A DNA stretch of 64,000 nucleotides, from positions 108,279 through 172,278 of the forward strand of contig JAGOQR010000003.1 in the NCBI GenBank assembly GCA_017991415.1, in the 5' to 3' direction. Below the pieces are notes generated by a model that did not search any database, was not told where the DNA came from, and saw only the letters and a program-made list of their open reading frames with translations. Position numbers and translations under genes: made by a program. This stretch comes from Candidatus Magasanikiibacteriota bacterium (lineage in GTDB: Bacteria > Patescibacteriota > Patescibacteriia > Magasanikbacterales > GWA2-37-8). This document shows positions 17,508-26,269 of the stretch, in pieces; within the stretch, counting starts at the first letter, position 1, and each line of letters opens with the position of its first letter.

Positions 17508-20192
17508 ATGAAAAAAATTATTATTATTGATGGTAATGCCATTATTCATCGTGCTTACCACGCCATTCCCCCGCTTACCACTAAAGATGGAAAGATGGTA
17601 AATGCGGTCTATGGGTTTACGTCCATGCTTTTTAAGGTTTGGAAAGATTTAAAGCCGACGCACATTGCAGTAACGTTTGATATGTCGGGACCTACGTTTC
17701 GGCATGCTAAGTTTGAAGAGTATAAAGCAACGCGGGTTAAGGCAGATCAAGATCTATATGACCAGATACCTTTGGTGCACGAAATGGTGCAAAGTTTAGG
17801 CCTGCAAATTTTTGAGAAAAAAGGTTATGAAGCTGATGATATAATTGGCACGATTGCTGCACAAGTAAAAAAAGAAGCGGAAGTATTTATTGTCACTGGT
17901 GACATGGACACATTGCAGCTCGTACAAGAGAATGTAAGGGTATATACCCTGCGTAAGGGAATTAACGATATAGTTGTATATGATCCAAAAGAAGTGCAAA
18001 ACCGATTTGGTTTTGGGCCAGAAATGATGGTGGACTACAAAGCTCTGCGTGGCGATACATCAGATAATATTCCCGGAGTTCCAGGTATTGGTGAAAAAAC
18101 AGCCACAGAACTTATTCAAAAATTTGGCGGTATCGATGCTTTGTACAAAAAAATAAAATCTGATAAAAAAATTAATGAAGAAATTAAACCAGGAGTCCTT
18201 AATAAACTGATTGAAGGTGAGGCAAGCGCTCGTATGAGTTTTGAATTAGCAACCATTGATTGTGCTGTACCAGATGTAGGTTTTAAACTTAGTGATTGTG
18301 AAATTAAACCATTTGATACAGAAAAAGTAGAGCTTGTTTTTCAAAAATTTGAATTTGTTTCGCTCCTTAAGCGTATGCCCGGTTTTGCCGATGTTACATC
18401 AGGCGAATCGGGGGGTAAAACTAAAAAGAAATATAAGGTTGAAGAAAAATTTAGCTTTACCGAAATTGAGAATGCTAAAAATGCAGCTGATTTGGTGCAT
18501 GCTATTGAGGCTAAGAAGAGTTTTGCCTGTCGTGCCGTGTTAACAGGCAAAGAAGCATTGGACAGTGATTTGTTGGGTTTTATTTTTGCAGTTGAAGAAG
18601 ATGCATTTTATGTAGATAAAAAAATGGCAGAATATTTCTTGCCGTTGTTTAAAAAGCAAGGAATAGAATTAATTGGGCATGACTTAAAAGAATTAGCCAA
18701 GGTTTTACAATACAATTATAATTTTATTTTATCCAATGATTTGTTTGATGTTATGGTCGCTTCGTACCTGTTAAATCCAGGGACGAGGGCCCATGATAGT
18801 ACGAGTGTTTTGTTAAAGGTGCTTGGTAAGGCCTTGCCCCAAAGTAGCGCTCAAACAAATCTATTTGGTATTGATAAAAAAAGTTTTGCACAAGAGCTAG
18901 TCTGGCTTAGTCAAACTAAGCCCATTTTACAAGCTGATTTAGAGAAAACTGATAATTTAGGTTTGTTTAAAAAAGTAGAAATGGCTCTTATCTTTGTGTT
19001 GGCAGAAATGGAATTGCATGGCGTGGCAGTAGACTTAAAAATGCTTGAAACCTTATCCAAAGAAGCGCAGTCAACTATAAAAAAATTGACCAAAGAAATT
19101 TATGAATTGGCAGGCATGGAATTTAATATTGCCTCTCCAGTTCAATTACGCGAAGTATTATTTGATAAACTAGGATTAGAGGTAGAAGGTATAAAGAAAG
19201 GAAAAACAGGCTTATCAACTTCGGCGGAAGAGCTAGAAAAATTACGTGGCCTCCATCCAATTATTGATCAGATTTCTATCTATCGTGAGGTGGCTAAATT
19301 ACAAAATACCTATATAGATGTGTTGCCCGCTCTAGTTAATGCAAAAACTGGGCGGATTCATACGCACTATAATCAGACTGTGGCTGCTACAGGCAGACTA
19401 TCGAGCGTTGATCCTAATTTGCAAAATATTCCAATTAGAACTGAGCTGGGTCGGCTCGTACGAAAGGCTTTTGTGGCAGAACCAGGTAATACACTAGTGA
19501 GTGCAGACTATTCGCAAATCGAATTGCGTATTGTTGCTTCACTTGCAAAGGATAAGCGTATGATTGAAATCTTTAATAACGACGAAGATATTCATGCTGC
19601 TACAGCGGCTGCTATAAATAATGTGTCGCTTGATAAAGTAACTAAAGAGATGCGGTATGGTGCTAAAGAGGTAAACTTTGGGGTATTATATGGTATGGGA
19701 GCGTATGGGCTTAGTTGGCGTGCAGGTATTCCTCAGGCACAAGCCAAAGATTTTATTAAAAAATATTTTGAAGCATTTAGTGGTGTGCGGAAATATATGG
19801 ACGAAACACTTGCGTTTACCAAAACAGAAGGATACTGCGAAACTCTATTTGGTCGTCGACGATATATACCAGAACTGCGAGCAGCTAATTTTCAAGTGCG
19901 CGCGGCTGGAGAGCGCATGGCTATAAATCATCCTATTCAGGGTACAGCTGCAGACTTGATGAAGATGGCAATGATCGAGGTTAAAAAAGTGTTAGATAAA
20001 AGCGAAAAAAATATAAAAGAGAAAGCAAGAATGATTATGCAGGTGCACGATGAGCTAGTTCTTGAAGTTACCGAAGAGGTTGCCGAAGAAGTGGCAAAGT
20101 TGGTACAAGATGTAATGGAAAAAGTGGTTACTTTGCGAGTGCCAATTAAGGTGGGAACAAGCATTAATCGAAGTTGGGGTGAAATGAAGTAA
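17508..20192 (+). CDS. polA: DNA polymerase I.
   Basis: 894 aa. 5'-3' exonuclease N-terminus. Polymerase motifs DYSQIELR and QVHDELVLE. Confidence 0.9.
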   Translation: MKKIIIIDGNAIIHRAYHAIPPLTTKDGKMVNAVYGFTSMLFKVWKDLKPTHIAVTFDMSGPTFRHAKFEEYKATRVKADQDLYDQIPLVHEMVQSLGLQIFEKKGYEADDIIGTIAAQVKKEAEVFIVTGDMDTLQLVQENVRVYTLRKGINDIVVYDPKEVQNRFGFGPEMMVDYKALRGDTSDNIPGVPGIGEKTATELIQKFGGIDALYKKIKSDKKINEEIKPGVLNKLIEGEASARMSFELATIDCAVPDVGFKLSDCEIKPFDTEKVELVFQKFEFVSLLKRMPGFADVTSGESGGKTKKKYKVEEKFSFTEIENAKNAADLVHAIEAKKSFACRAVLTGKEALDSDLLGFIFAVEEDAFYVDKKMAEYFLPLFKKQGIELIGHDLKELAKVLQYNYNFILSNDLFDVMVASYLLNPGTRAHDSTSVLLKVLGKALPQSSAQTNLFGIDKKSFAQELVWLSQTKPILQADLEKTDNLGLFKKVEMALIFVLAEMELHGVAVDLKMLETLSKEAQSTIKKLTKEIYELAGMEFNIASPVQLREVLFDKLGLEVEGIKKGKTGLSTSAEELEKLRGLHPIIDQISIYREVAKLQNTYIDVLPALVNAKTGRIHTHYNQTVAATGRLSSVDPNLQNIPIRTELGRLVRKAFVAEPGNTLVSADYSQIELRIVASLAKDKRMIEIFNNDEDIHAATAAAINNVSLDKVTKEMRYGAKEVNFGVLYGMGAYGLSWRAGIPQAQAKDFIKKYFEAFSGVRKYMDETLAFTKTEGYCETLFGRRRYIPELRAANFQVRAAGERMAINHPIQGTAADLMKMAMIEVKKVLDKSEKNIKEKARMIMQVHDELVLEVTEEVAEEVAKLVQDVMEKVVTLRVPIKVGTSINRSWGEMK

Positions 20193-20212
20193 AGGAAGAT
20201 AAGTGCTAAAAA

Positions 20213-20713
20213 CTAAACAGAAGCTGGAACTTCGCATTTGAACTTTTTTTCTATACTTTTGGTAAGTAAATGAAGTGAAAGAAGTAAAAGAAAAAAACTT
20301 ATAATTTTTATTTCCATACCCTGAAGAGGAAGAGACATGAGTCCAAGTGGGGCGCCAAAAATTGCCAAGAAAGGAGCGCCGCATGTAGCGCATCCAGAAA
20401 CTGCTACGTTAGCTAATGTTCCGCCAACACTAGCAATGGCATGTGAGGCGTTTTTTTGTGCCTTCATAATATCGTGACGGAAAACAATAAGAGCTAGATA
20501 GACACCAAAAAATAAAGAAATACAAAAACTAAGGAGGAGTGAAGCTGCAGTGAAGAAAAATCCATCCATCTCTATAAGAACAAAAATGCTTTTAAAGGCC
20601 ACGTCTGCAATGGTAAGGTAATAAGAAAGCGCTTCCAAAATAACCGTAGCCACAATTGCAATAATGGCATATTTTTTTCTTTTTAAAATGGGAATGGCTA
20701 TCTCTGTAACCAT
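20213..20713 (-). CDS. Hypothetical polytopic membrane protein with a membrane-embedded CxxC (SGCATCGAP).
   Basis: 4-5 predicted TM segments. Last gene of the minus-strand Cys-motif operon. Confidence 0.4.
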   Translation of the reverse strand: MVTEIAIPILKRKKYAIIAIVATVILEALSYYLTIADVAFKSIFVLIEMDGFFFTAASLLLSFCISLFFGVYLALIVFRHDIMKAQKNASHAIASVGGTLANVAVSGCATCGAPFLAIFGAPLGLMSLPLQGMEIKIISFFLLLLSLHLLTKSIEKKFKCEVPASV

Positions 20714-20715
20714 AG

Positions 20716-21555
20716 TTATGATTGGGTTTGATTTTGAGCAGGAGGAACGATAACTTTATTTGTAGAAAGGTTTTTATAGGTCCCCATAAGAGATAAGTTT
20801 GTAAAGATGTATGTGCCGTCACTTGCGATAGTGCCAACATCAGTCCAAGCTTGTTTTAAGCTGGGATATTCTCCAGTGTCTCCAGTTAGAATAAAAGTTG
20901 GAACAAGAGTTATCTTGTATTTGTTAAGTAAGGCCCTACCTGCAGCAGATTTTGAATCTAATACGTTAGGAGTGGTATTAATACCAAAATTATTTTTTAA
21001 AATTGTTTCATGTTGGGTAACGTCGTAGCATTCGGTGCAGGTAATATCGGTGAGTAGTGTGAGGCCAACCCTTCCCTTTACTTCACCAGTTTCAGAAAGA
21101 GAATATGGCGCGCCAACTTGTCTAAATATAAATGTATCATTGGAGATATCCCCTGTTTTGGAAAAAACATCAGCAAGAGTGGCTACTTTATTTAATTCAC
21201 CCTTTAAAATAAAAGTAGGAAGTTTTTGTATAGCAAACTGTTTGATGAGCTCCTTACCTTCTTCGCTTGTTTTGTCTACATTTTTTTGTGAGTCAATTTT
21301 TACATTTTCTTTTTTGATGTAGTTAAGTACAGGATTGATATCAAAACAGTCTTTGCATGAATTGTCGGTAATAGTAATAAGTTCGAGGTTAGCAGGTCGG
21401 TTAGCTTCGGCAGCCTCGGCTATTTTTTTATTAGCTAAAGAGTTTGTTCGTATAAAAAAAGTAATAACAATTGCTCCGCTAATAAGCATAGCTACAAAAA
21501 TACCAACCAGAAACCAATAGTTAATTTTTATTTCGCTCGCAGGTTGTTCGTTCAT
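20716..21555 (-). CDS. Membrane-anchored protein with two tandem thioredoxin-fold-like domains, each with a CxxC (SCKDC, TCTEC) and an LPTFIL cis-Pro-like motif.
   Basis: N-terminal TM. Internal duplication: ITDNSCKDCFD...LPTFILKG and LTDITCTECYD...VPTFILTG. Confidence 0.5.
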   Translation of the reverse strand: MNEQPASEIKINYWFLVGIFVAMLISGAIVITFFIRTNSLANKKIAEAAEANRPANLELITITDNSCKDCFDINPVLNYIKKENVKIDSQKNVDKTSEEGKELIKQFAIQKLPTFILKGELNKVATLADVFSKTGDISNDTFIFRQVGAPYSLSETGEVKGRVGLTLLTDITCTECYDVTQHETILKNNFGINTTPNVLDSKSAAGRALLNKYKITLVPTFILTGDTGEYPSLKQAWTDVGTIASDGTYIFTNLSLMGTYKNLSTNKVIVPPAQNQTQS

Positions 21556-21597
21556 AGTAAGTATTTAAAGTTTCTGGTTTAGATTTGTGGTATTAGT

Positions 21598-21867
21598 TTA
21601 ACAGCCACCCACCATGTCTGGAAGGGCTTCAAGAGAATTGTTTTGGGGCACACCAGTAGAAGCGTTTACATCACTACCTTTTAATTTATTAAATATTGTT
21701 ATAGAAGCAGCCATTTGTCCGAGTGAAACGAGGGTAAGTACACCAAGAACTGCAGTAACTAAAATATTATTCCAAGAGAGAGTTTTTTTGGCTGGATCGT
21801 TAAGTTTTGAGCTAATCTCGTTTTTTATGGAATCGAGTGGAGATGATGGAGGATTTTGTTCAGTCAT
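21598..21867 (-). CDS. Small single-pass membrane protein ending in ...ALPDMVGGC.
   Basis: 89 aa, central TM, extreme C-terminal GGC. Confidence 0.4.
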   Translation of the reverse strand: MTEQNPPSSPLDSIKNEISSKLNDPAKKTLSWNNILVTAVLGVLTLVSLGQMAASITIFNKLKGSDVNASTGVPQNNSLEALPDMVGGC

Positions 21868-21901
21868 ATATTTATATAAATAATTTAAGTTAGGTACATT
21901 T

Positions 21902-22678
21902 TTAGCAGCCGCCTACCATGCTCGGTGCGTTTTCAATATCAGAAGGTAGTGGTGCAGAACCTGCGCTTGTGGCACCATCATATTTTGGAATTTTTACATT
22001 TAGCAGTAGAGAAGCGATGTCAGGAGTGTACGTACCGCTTTTTAGCTGGGTAGACATTTTTTGTACCATTTGTTTTGGAAAATAGCGGCTCTTCCAAATA
22101 GCGAGTTCTTTTAAAATTTCATCGTCAGAATATGTTGAGCCGTGATTTTTTATCAAGTATGCCGCTAAACCCCTCATTGCTTGAGAGTGGGCGCAGCCAC
22201 AAGCAGCGCTGCCATCTTTAAAGATGATGGATTCTGCTCCGCAACAAAACTCGCAGGATACTTTGAGAACAATTTTAATGTATCGTTGTTGCTCTTCGGC
22301 AGATAAATTTAGTTTTTTTCGACCATAATCTGGGTCGTATTGTTTCATAGTATCTATTGCAGGCTGAACACCGTCGTAGGTTACGTTTAATTCTTTACCA
22401 TACACGGTCGGGACACCTGTCATAAATACGAGTTTTACGGCATCTTCGGCAAGATTTCCCGAGAGGTTTGTGCCGCCTTTAACAATTTTTTGAAATTGAA
22501 GAGTGAGAGCGGCTAGAGCGCTATCATCGTTTAAACCAACAGCTTTTTTTGTGTTGGCGAGCAGTATCTGGTTAGAAATTGTACTAATGGTTAATAATCC
22601 CAATAAAACTAGGTTGAAGGTGGAAAGGTTCTTGTTCTTAACAAAGTTGATTTCGCCAAGTTTTTTTGGGAATTGCAT
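21902..22678 (-). CDS. Secreted Cys-rich protein (SCEFCCGAESIIFKDGSAACGCAH cluster) ending in ...APSMVGGC.
   Basis: Signal peptide, 6-Cys cluster, C-terminal GGC. Confidence 0.4.
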   Translation of the reverse strand: MQFPKKLGEINFVKNKNLSTFNLVLLGLLTISTISNQILLANTKKAVGLNDDSALAALTLQFQKIVKGGTNLSGNLAEDAVKLVFMTGVPTVYGKELNVTYDGVQPAIDTMKQYDPDYGRKKLNLSAEEQQRYIKIVLKVSCEFCCGAESIIFKDGSAACGCAHSQAMRGLAAYLIKNHGSTYSDDEILKELAIWKSRYFPKQMVQKMSTQLKSGTYTPDIASLLLNVKIPKYDGATSAGSAPLPSDIENAPSMVGGC

Positions 22679-22696
22679 AGAGTATGGGATTAAAGA

Positions 22697-23527
22697 TTAG
22701 CCGCCACAGCCACCTGCAGCTGTGTCTTGTGTTAAACCGGTTCCAAAGCCAGGTTGAGGCGATGCCAAAGCCAAGGTTTGCCCGCATTCGGCGGGTGCGT
22801 TGGTAAATGATGCGCAAATTGCGTCTTTTAAGGCATTTGGTGTACGGGCAGCTTCAACCTGAGCACCGTTAATTACGAGTGTCGGAGAACCTTGAACACC
22901 GTATTTGTCATTTAAATCTTGATGGATTGGGTATATTGGGTATCTGCCACTGAGCCAGGTTGATTGGTCGTTATATTTATCCATTATACCAAACTGTTTA
23001 TTCGTTTTGTCAATACAGTTAGTCAATGATTTTTCGTTGAGACCAGCTTGTTTTAGACAGGAAGCGCTGTTTTGGGTAGAAGCATAACAGCTTAGGTAAG
23101 AGAAATACTTATCTTTGTCTTGCTCTTGGGCACAATATTGTTTTGTGTTCTCTTCTACTTCTTCTTTGCCGTGCATGGCGTAGGAAACAAATCGGATATC
23201 TATATCAGCTTTATTTTTTAAAAGATCATAGGCAGGTATGAGTGCCTTTTCCATTTGCAAGCCGTATGGGCAGTTGGCCATAACAAATAGTTCTACCTTT
23301 GGTTTATCGCTTTTTATAATGTTAGTTGGAACAGCGGTCGGTGCTGTATCGATAGCTTGTTGGGTTGTAGCTTGGTTTGCGGTATATGTTTGTGTAGCAC
23401 TCTCGCTAAAATTTTTTTGAGTTAATAAGAACGGGATAGTAATAGCGCAGGCTATAATTGCTGAAGCGCCCAAGCCAGTTATAAGTCCAAACACGAAACC
23501 TTGTTTTGCTGTTAAGTTTTCTAGCAT
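22697..23527 (-). CDS. Membrane-anchored DsbA/thioredoxin-like protein with a monothiol CPYG active-site variant and 8 further Cys, ending in ...AAGGCGG.
   Basis: N-terminal TM. VMANCPYG at the CxxC position of DsbA-like folds. C-terminal GGCGG. Confidence 0.45.
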   Translation of the reverse strand: MLENLTAKQGFVFGLITGLGASAIIACAITIPFLLTQKNFSESATQTYTANQATTQQAIDTAPTAVPTNIIKSDKPKVELFVMANCPYGLQMEKALIPAYDLLKNKADIDIRFVSYAMHGKEEVEENTKQYCAQEQDKDKYFSYLSCYASTQNSASCLKQAGLNEKSLTNCIDKTNKQFGIMDKYNDQSTWLSGRYPIYPIHQDLNDKYGVQGSPTLVINGAQVEAARTPNALKDAICASFTNAPAECGQTLALASPQPGFGTGLTQDTAAGGCGG

Positions 23528-23639
23528 AGAAAAATATTATTTAATAATACTACTACATATTGTAGTAGGATAATTAAAATTTGTCAAAAGTCGTTTTATC
23601 CACAAGTGTTACAACTGTAAAAACTAATTTTAGTTCGTA

Positions 23640-24695
23640 TTAATTTTTTAAATTCTTAAGGTATTGAACAGATTTTGTACACCCAATTTTACTTGTATGA
23701 TAGATTTTATCTGCACATTTTGTCCAAGCATTATTGCATTGCTCAATATAAATTTTATCGGCACAGCTGGATTTGGAATATGTTTCTTGGGCACGCGCTT
23801 GTTGTGTATTTATTTTTGAAGTAAAAAATAAAACTATACAGAGGGCTACAACTATACCAAAAATTGTTTGTAAAATCTCTCTCTTAAAAGACGGTTTGTA
23901 ATTATTTTGGCTTAATGCCAAAATCCTCTCCTCTGTTATTTGGCTAAAGTAGGAAACAGCAAGCTCTTTTTGGATAATAGTTTTTTCTTCCATGTCTAAA
24001 ATTTTCCCCATCGCAGAAGCAAGGTGACTTTTTTCTTTAAAGTTATTTGTCGCCAATTCGTCGGCGGCCATTTCGGAAAATGATAAATATTTTTTAGTTA
24101 GGCTTTGGATACCTGGAATAAAGCTAAAGCCACTCAAAAATTTTATACACAACAATCTGGCTGGTTCTTGTGTTAATAAGTGGTGCGTCTCGTGGAGTAA
24201 AACAGCCTGCAGTTCGGTATAGGTAAGTGTCTGTACAACAGAAGAAGAAATATAGATTTGAGGGTTTTTTAGTCCATGACAAAAAATGAAAGGGCGGCTG
24301 GTGTTAATCTCGGTAACATTACCATTAATACCAATGGTATTTGCCACCTGCTCTAGTTTTGCAGAAGTTTTGACAAAGTTTATTTTTTGCAGGTTTATAA
24401 ATCGTTGTGTTTTTTTGATAGAAATAATTGTTTTGAAAAAAGCAACTAGAAAGCTTGCTATTATGGTAATACCCAGCAAGATAATAATTCCCGTAAATAA
24501 GGAAGAGTTGGGAGAAGATGAAATTTGGCAACCACAGGCTGACTGAACTCGGTTAATTGCGAGCTGACCTAAAAACGCAAAGGAAAAGCTATATATTTTA
24601 TAAAAAAAAGTTCCAAATAGAATAGTTAACGCTATGGTGAGCACGGCAATCTGAGCAAAAAGCCAATTAGATTTTTGGCGTAAGTTAAAAGCCAT
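23640..24695 (-). CDS. M56-family (BlaR1/MecR1-like) membrane metalloprotease with a Cys-rich C-terminal tail and no penicillin-binding sensor domain.
   Basis: 4 TM segments. HExxH zinc site (LHETHHL). C-terminal tail with 4 Cys (SSCADKIYIEQCNNAWTKCADKIYHTSKIGC). Directly downstream of a BlaI-type repressor. Confidence 0.65.
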   Translation of the reverse strand: MAFNLRQKSNWLFAQIAVLTIALTILFGTFFYKIYSFSFAFLGQLAINRVQSACGCQISSSPNSSLFTGIIILLGITIIASFLVAFFKTIISIKKTQRFINLQKINFVKTSAKLEQVANTIGINGNVTEINTSRPFIFCHGLKNPQIYISSSVVQTLTYTELQAVLLHETHHLLTQEPARLLCIKFLSGFSFIPGIQSLTKKYLSFSEMAADELATNNFKEKSHLASAMGKILDMEEKTIIQKELAVSYFSQITEERILALSQNNYKPSFKREILQTIFGIVVALCIVLFFTSKINTQQARAQETYSKSSCADKIYIEQCNNAWTKCADKIYHTSKIGCTKSVQYLKNLKN

Positions 24696-24698
24696 ACC

Positions 24699-25085
24699 TT
24701 ATTTGATTTTTTTTAATCTTTTTCTCCATTCAGCTGATTTTTTAAAATTACCAGCTTCTACAATATCGATAAATCGAGCGACTGCCACTTCGCCACAGTT
24801 TTTTATTAAGTTTTTTATTACTTGTTCAGAAATTTTATCTAAAAATTTTTCTTTGCTTTGAGCGGGAGAGTAAATATAGGAACCGTTTTCGTGTAAGCGA
24901 CGATTGAGAACACCTTTGGTGTGTAAGCGAGACATAATAGTCATGACAGTGGTGTAGGCAATTTCTTTTTTTGTTTTGAGTTTGTCAAAAATTAAACGCA
25001 CCGAAGCATTTTGTTCCTTCCAGATTATCTGCATGATTTCTTCTTCGAGGGTGCCTAAAGAGGCAGAAATATTTTTCATAAACAA
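24699..25085 (-). CDS. BlaI/MecI/CopY-family transcriptional repressor.
   Basis: 128 aa winged-helix N-terminus (TVMTIMSRLHTKGVL). First gene of the operon, paired with the M56 peptidase. Confidence 0.75.
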   Translation of the reverse strand: MFMKNISASLGTLEEEIMQIIWKEQNASVRLIFDKLKTKKEIAYTTVMTIMSRLHTKGVLNRRLHENGSYIYSPAQSKEKFLDKISEQVIKNLIKNCGEVAVARFIDIVEAGNFKKSAEWRKRLKKIK

Positions 25086-25365
25086 AAAAATAATTTATAC
25101 TACAACGTGTAGTATAGCATACAATAAAAAAAACACGCAAGCTATGCGGTTAATGAGGCGATTTTAATTTTATTAGGGTGGCGACGAACACTTGAGTAGT
25201 GTTCGTCGCCGAAGATGTTGCGGGTTGAGCCGAGCCGCTTGTTCAGCGGAAGTTGGCTGTAGCTGCAGACTTCTTCATCGTAGCAGTTCGCCACGAGCGT
25301 GGTTGCCGTCGATCGGAAGGATCGTCGGGGTCAGGCTGTGACGAACTCGTCGACCTGGCGCCGGC

Positions 25366-25653
25366 TCAGATGCCGCCGCGCCGCCAGGGCACGAAGTCGC
25401 CGCCGGCGCGGATCAGCTCGTCGCCGGTCAGGGTCTTGTCGGGGTCCGCCGCGCCGCCGTTGAGCTCGGCCTTGGTGCCGTCGCCCGGGGTGACCTGGTC
25501 GCTGTCACCGATCTGGGTGTTGGGGGTGTCGCCGAACAGCACGGTCGGCGCGTCGGGCAGCGACTGGCCGGTCTCGGTGTTGGGGGCGATGGTCGGCGGC
25601 ATGTTGGTGCCGGACGAAATGTGGAGGCTGGCGTCGGATGCGGGTGACTGCAT
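25366..25653 (-). CDS. Small high-GC ORF (95 aa, MQSPASDASLHISSGTNMPP...GDFVPWRRGGI) with actinobacterial-style C-ending codons. Function unknown.
   Basis: Nearly every codon ends in C (ACC, GGC, GAC, ATC, CTG). AAAGGA Shine-Dalgarno 5 nt upstream of the ATG. The overlapping plus-strand frame has less typical G-ending codons. Confidence 0.4.
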   Translation of the reverse strand: MQSPASDASLHISSGTNMPPTIAPNTETGQSLPDAPTVLFGDTPNTQIGDSDQVTPGDGTKAELNGGAADPDKTLTGDELIRAGGDFVPWRRGGI

Positions 25654-25920
25654 GGCAGATCCTTTCGGTCGAGTCATGTGCTTAGAGGGAGGCCTAATGG
25701 CCAAGAATCCTCAGAGCTGAGGAAGATTATATGCTAAGTTTAGCTTTTTGTCAATAGTCGAGGTTGTAAAACAGTGTCTTAAGTAAGTTTGGTAAAAATA
25801 AAACTACGCCCGTACAAGCGTAGTTTTATATATTTTAAAATAAATAGGTGGAGAGCTCGAACGAGAATGTTCGAGCTCTCCGTGGATGGCCCTGGTCGAC
25901 TTGATGTCGTCCTGAGCAGT

Positions 25921-26127
25921 TCAAGGGGTCTTGGTCATGTCCGTTCGGTTGTTCCTAGTTCCATCGCCGCCGTGGTCGATCTGATCCTGTGTGAGGCGGT
26001 AGTGCTCAGGAACGATTGGATCTGGCGGAACGCGATACATCAGTCCATCATCGCCATCGTAGAGGGTTCCAGGCTTGGCGAAGGTCGGTGGTGGTCGAAC
26101 ACTAACCATCGATGATGTGGCAATCAT
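25921..26127 (-). CDS. Small mid-GC ORF (68 aa, MIATSSMVSVRPPPTFAKPG...). Function unknown.
   Basis: AAAGGGGA Shine-Dalgarno 7 nt upstream of the ATG. Followed by two perfect hairpins. Confidence 0.3.
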   Translation of the reverse strand: MIATSSMVSVRPPPTFAKPGTLYDGDDGLMYRVPPDPIVPEHYRLTQDQIDHGGDGTRNNRTDMTKTP

Positions 26128-26269
26128 GAGATGTCCCCTTTTCTCAGAGTGGTTACTGTATGGTATGTTGCAATCTAAATTTTGTAAATAAAATAAAAGT
26201 ATCTAAAGAAGCTATTTTATACAATTTGGCATTGCTAAAAAGTAGCATAAGCATTAGAATTATAAACGT

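Larger units (their letters stand above)
25181..26150. other. Compositional island: about 520 bp at roughly 68-70% GC plus about 300 bp at roughly 58% GC inside a 30-35% GC genome. Bounded and split by perfect hairpins (25183-25213; 25797-25822; 25849-25880).
   Basis: Abrupt GC shift visible by eye, strong 3-periodicity, and palindromes GGCGACGAACAC/GTGTTCGTCGCC, AAACTACGC/GCGTAGTTT and GGAGAGCTCGAAC/GTTCGAGCTCTCC. Confidence 0.7.

Noticed and set aside
25253-25720. 155-aa plus-strand ORF across the high-GC island
   Set aside because: It shares wobble positions with the minus-strand ORF, but its codons end mostly in G (CCG, TCG, GTG, TTG) and it starts with TTG. The minus-strand reading has canonical C-ending codons and an SD. 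It is a mirror-frame artefact common in high-GC DNA.
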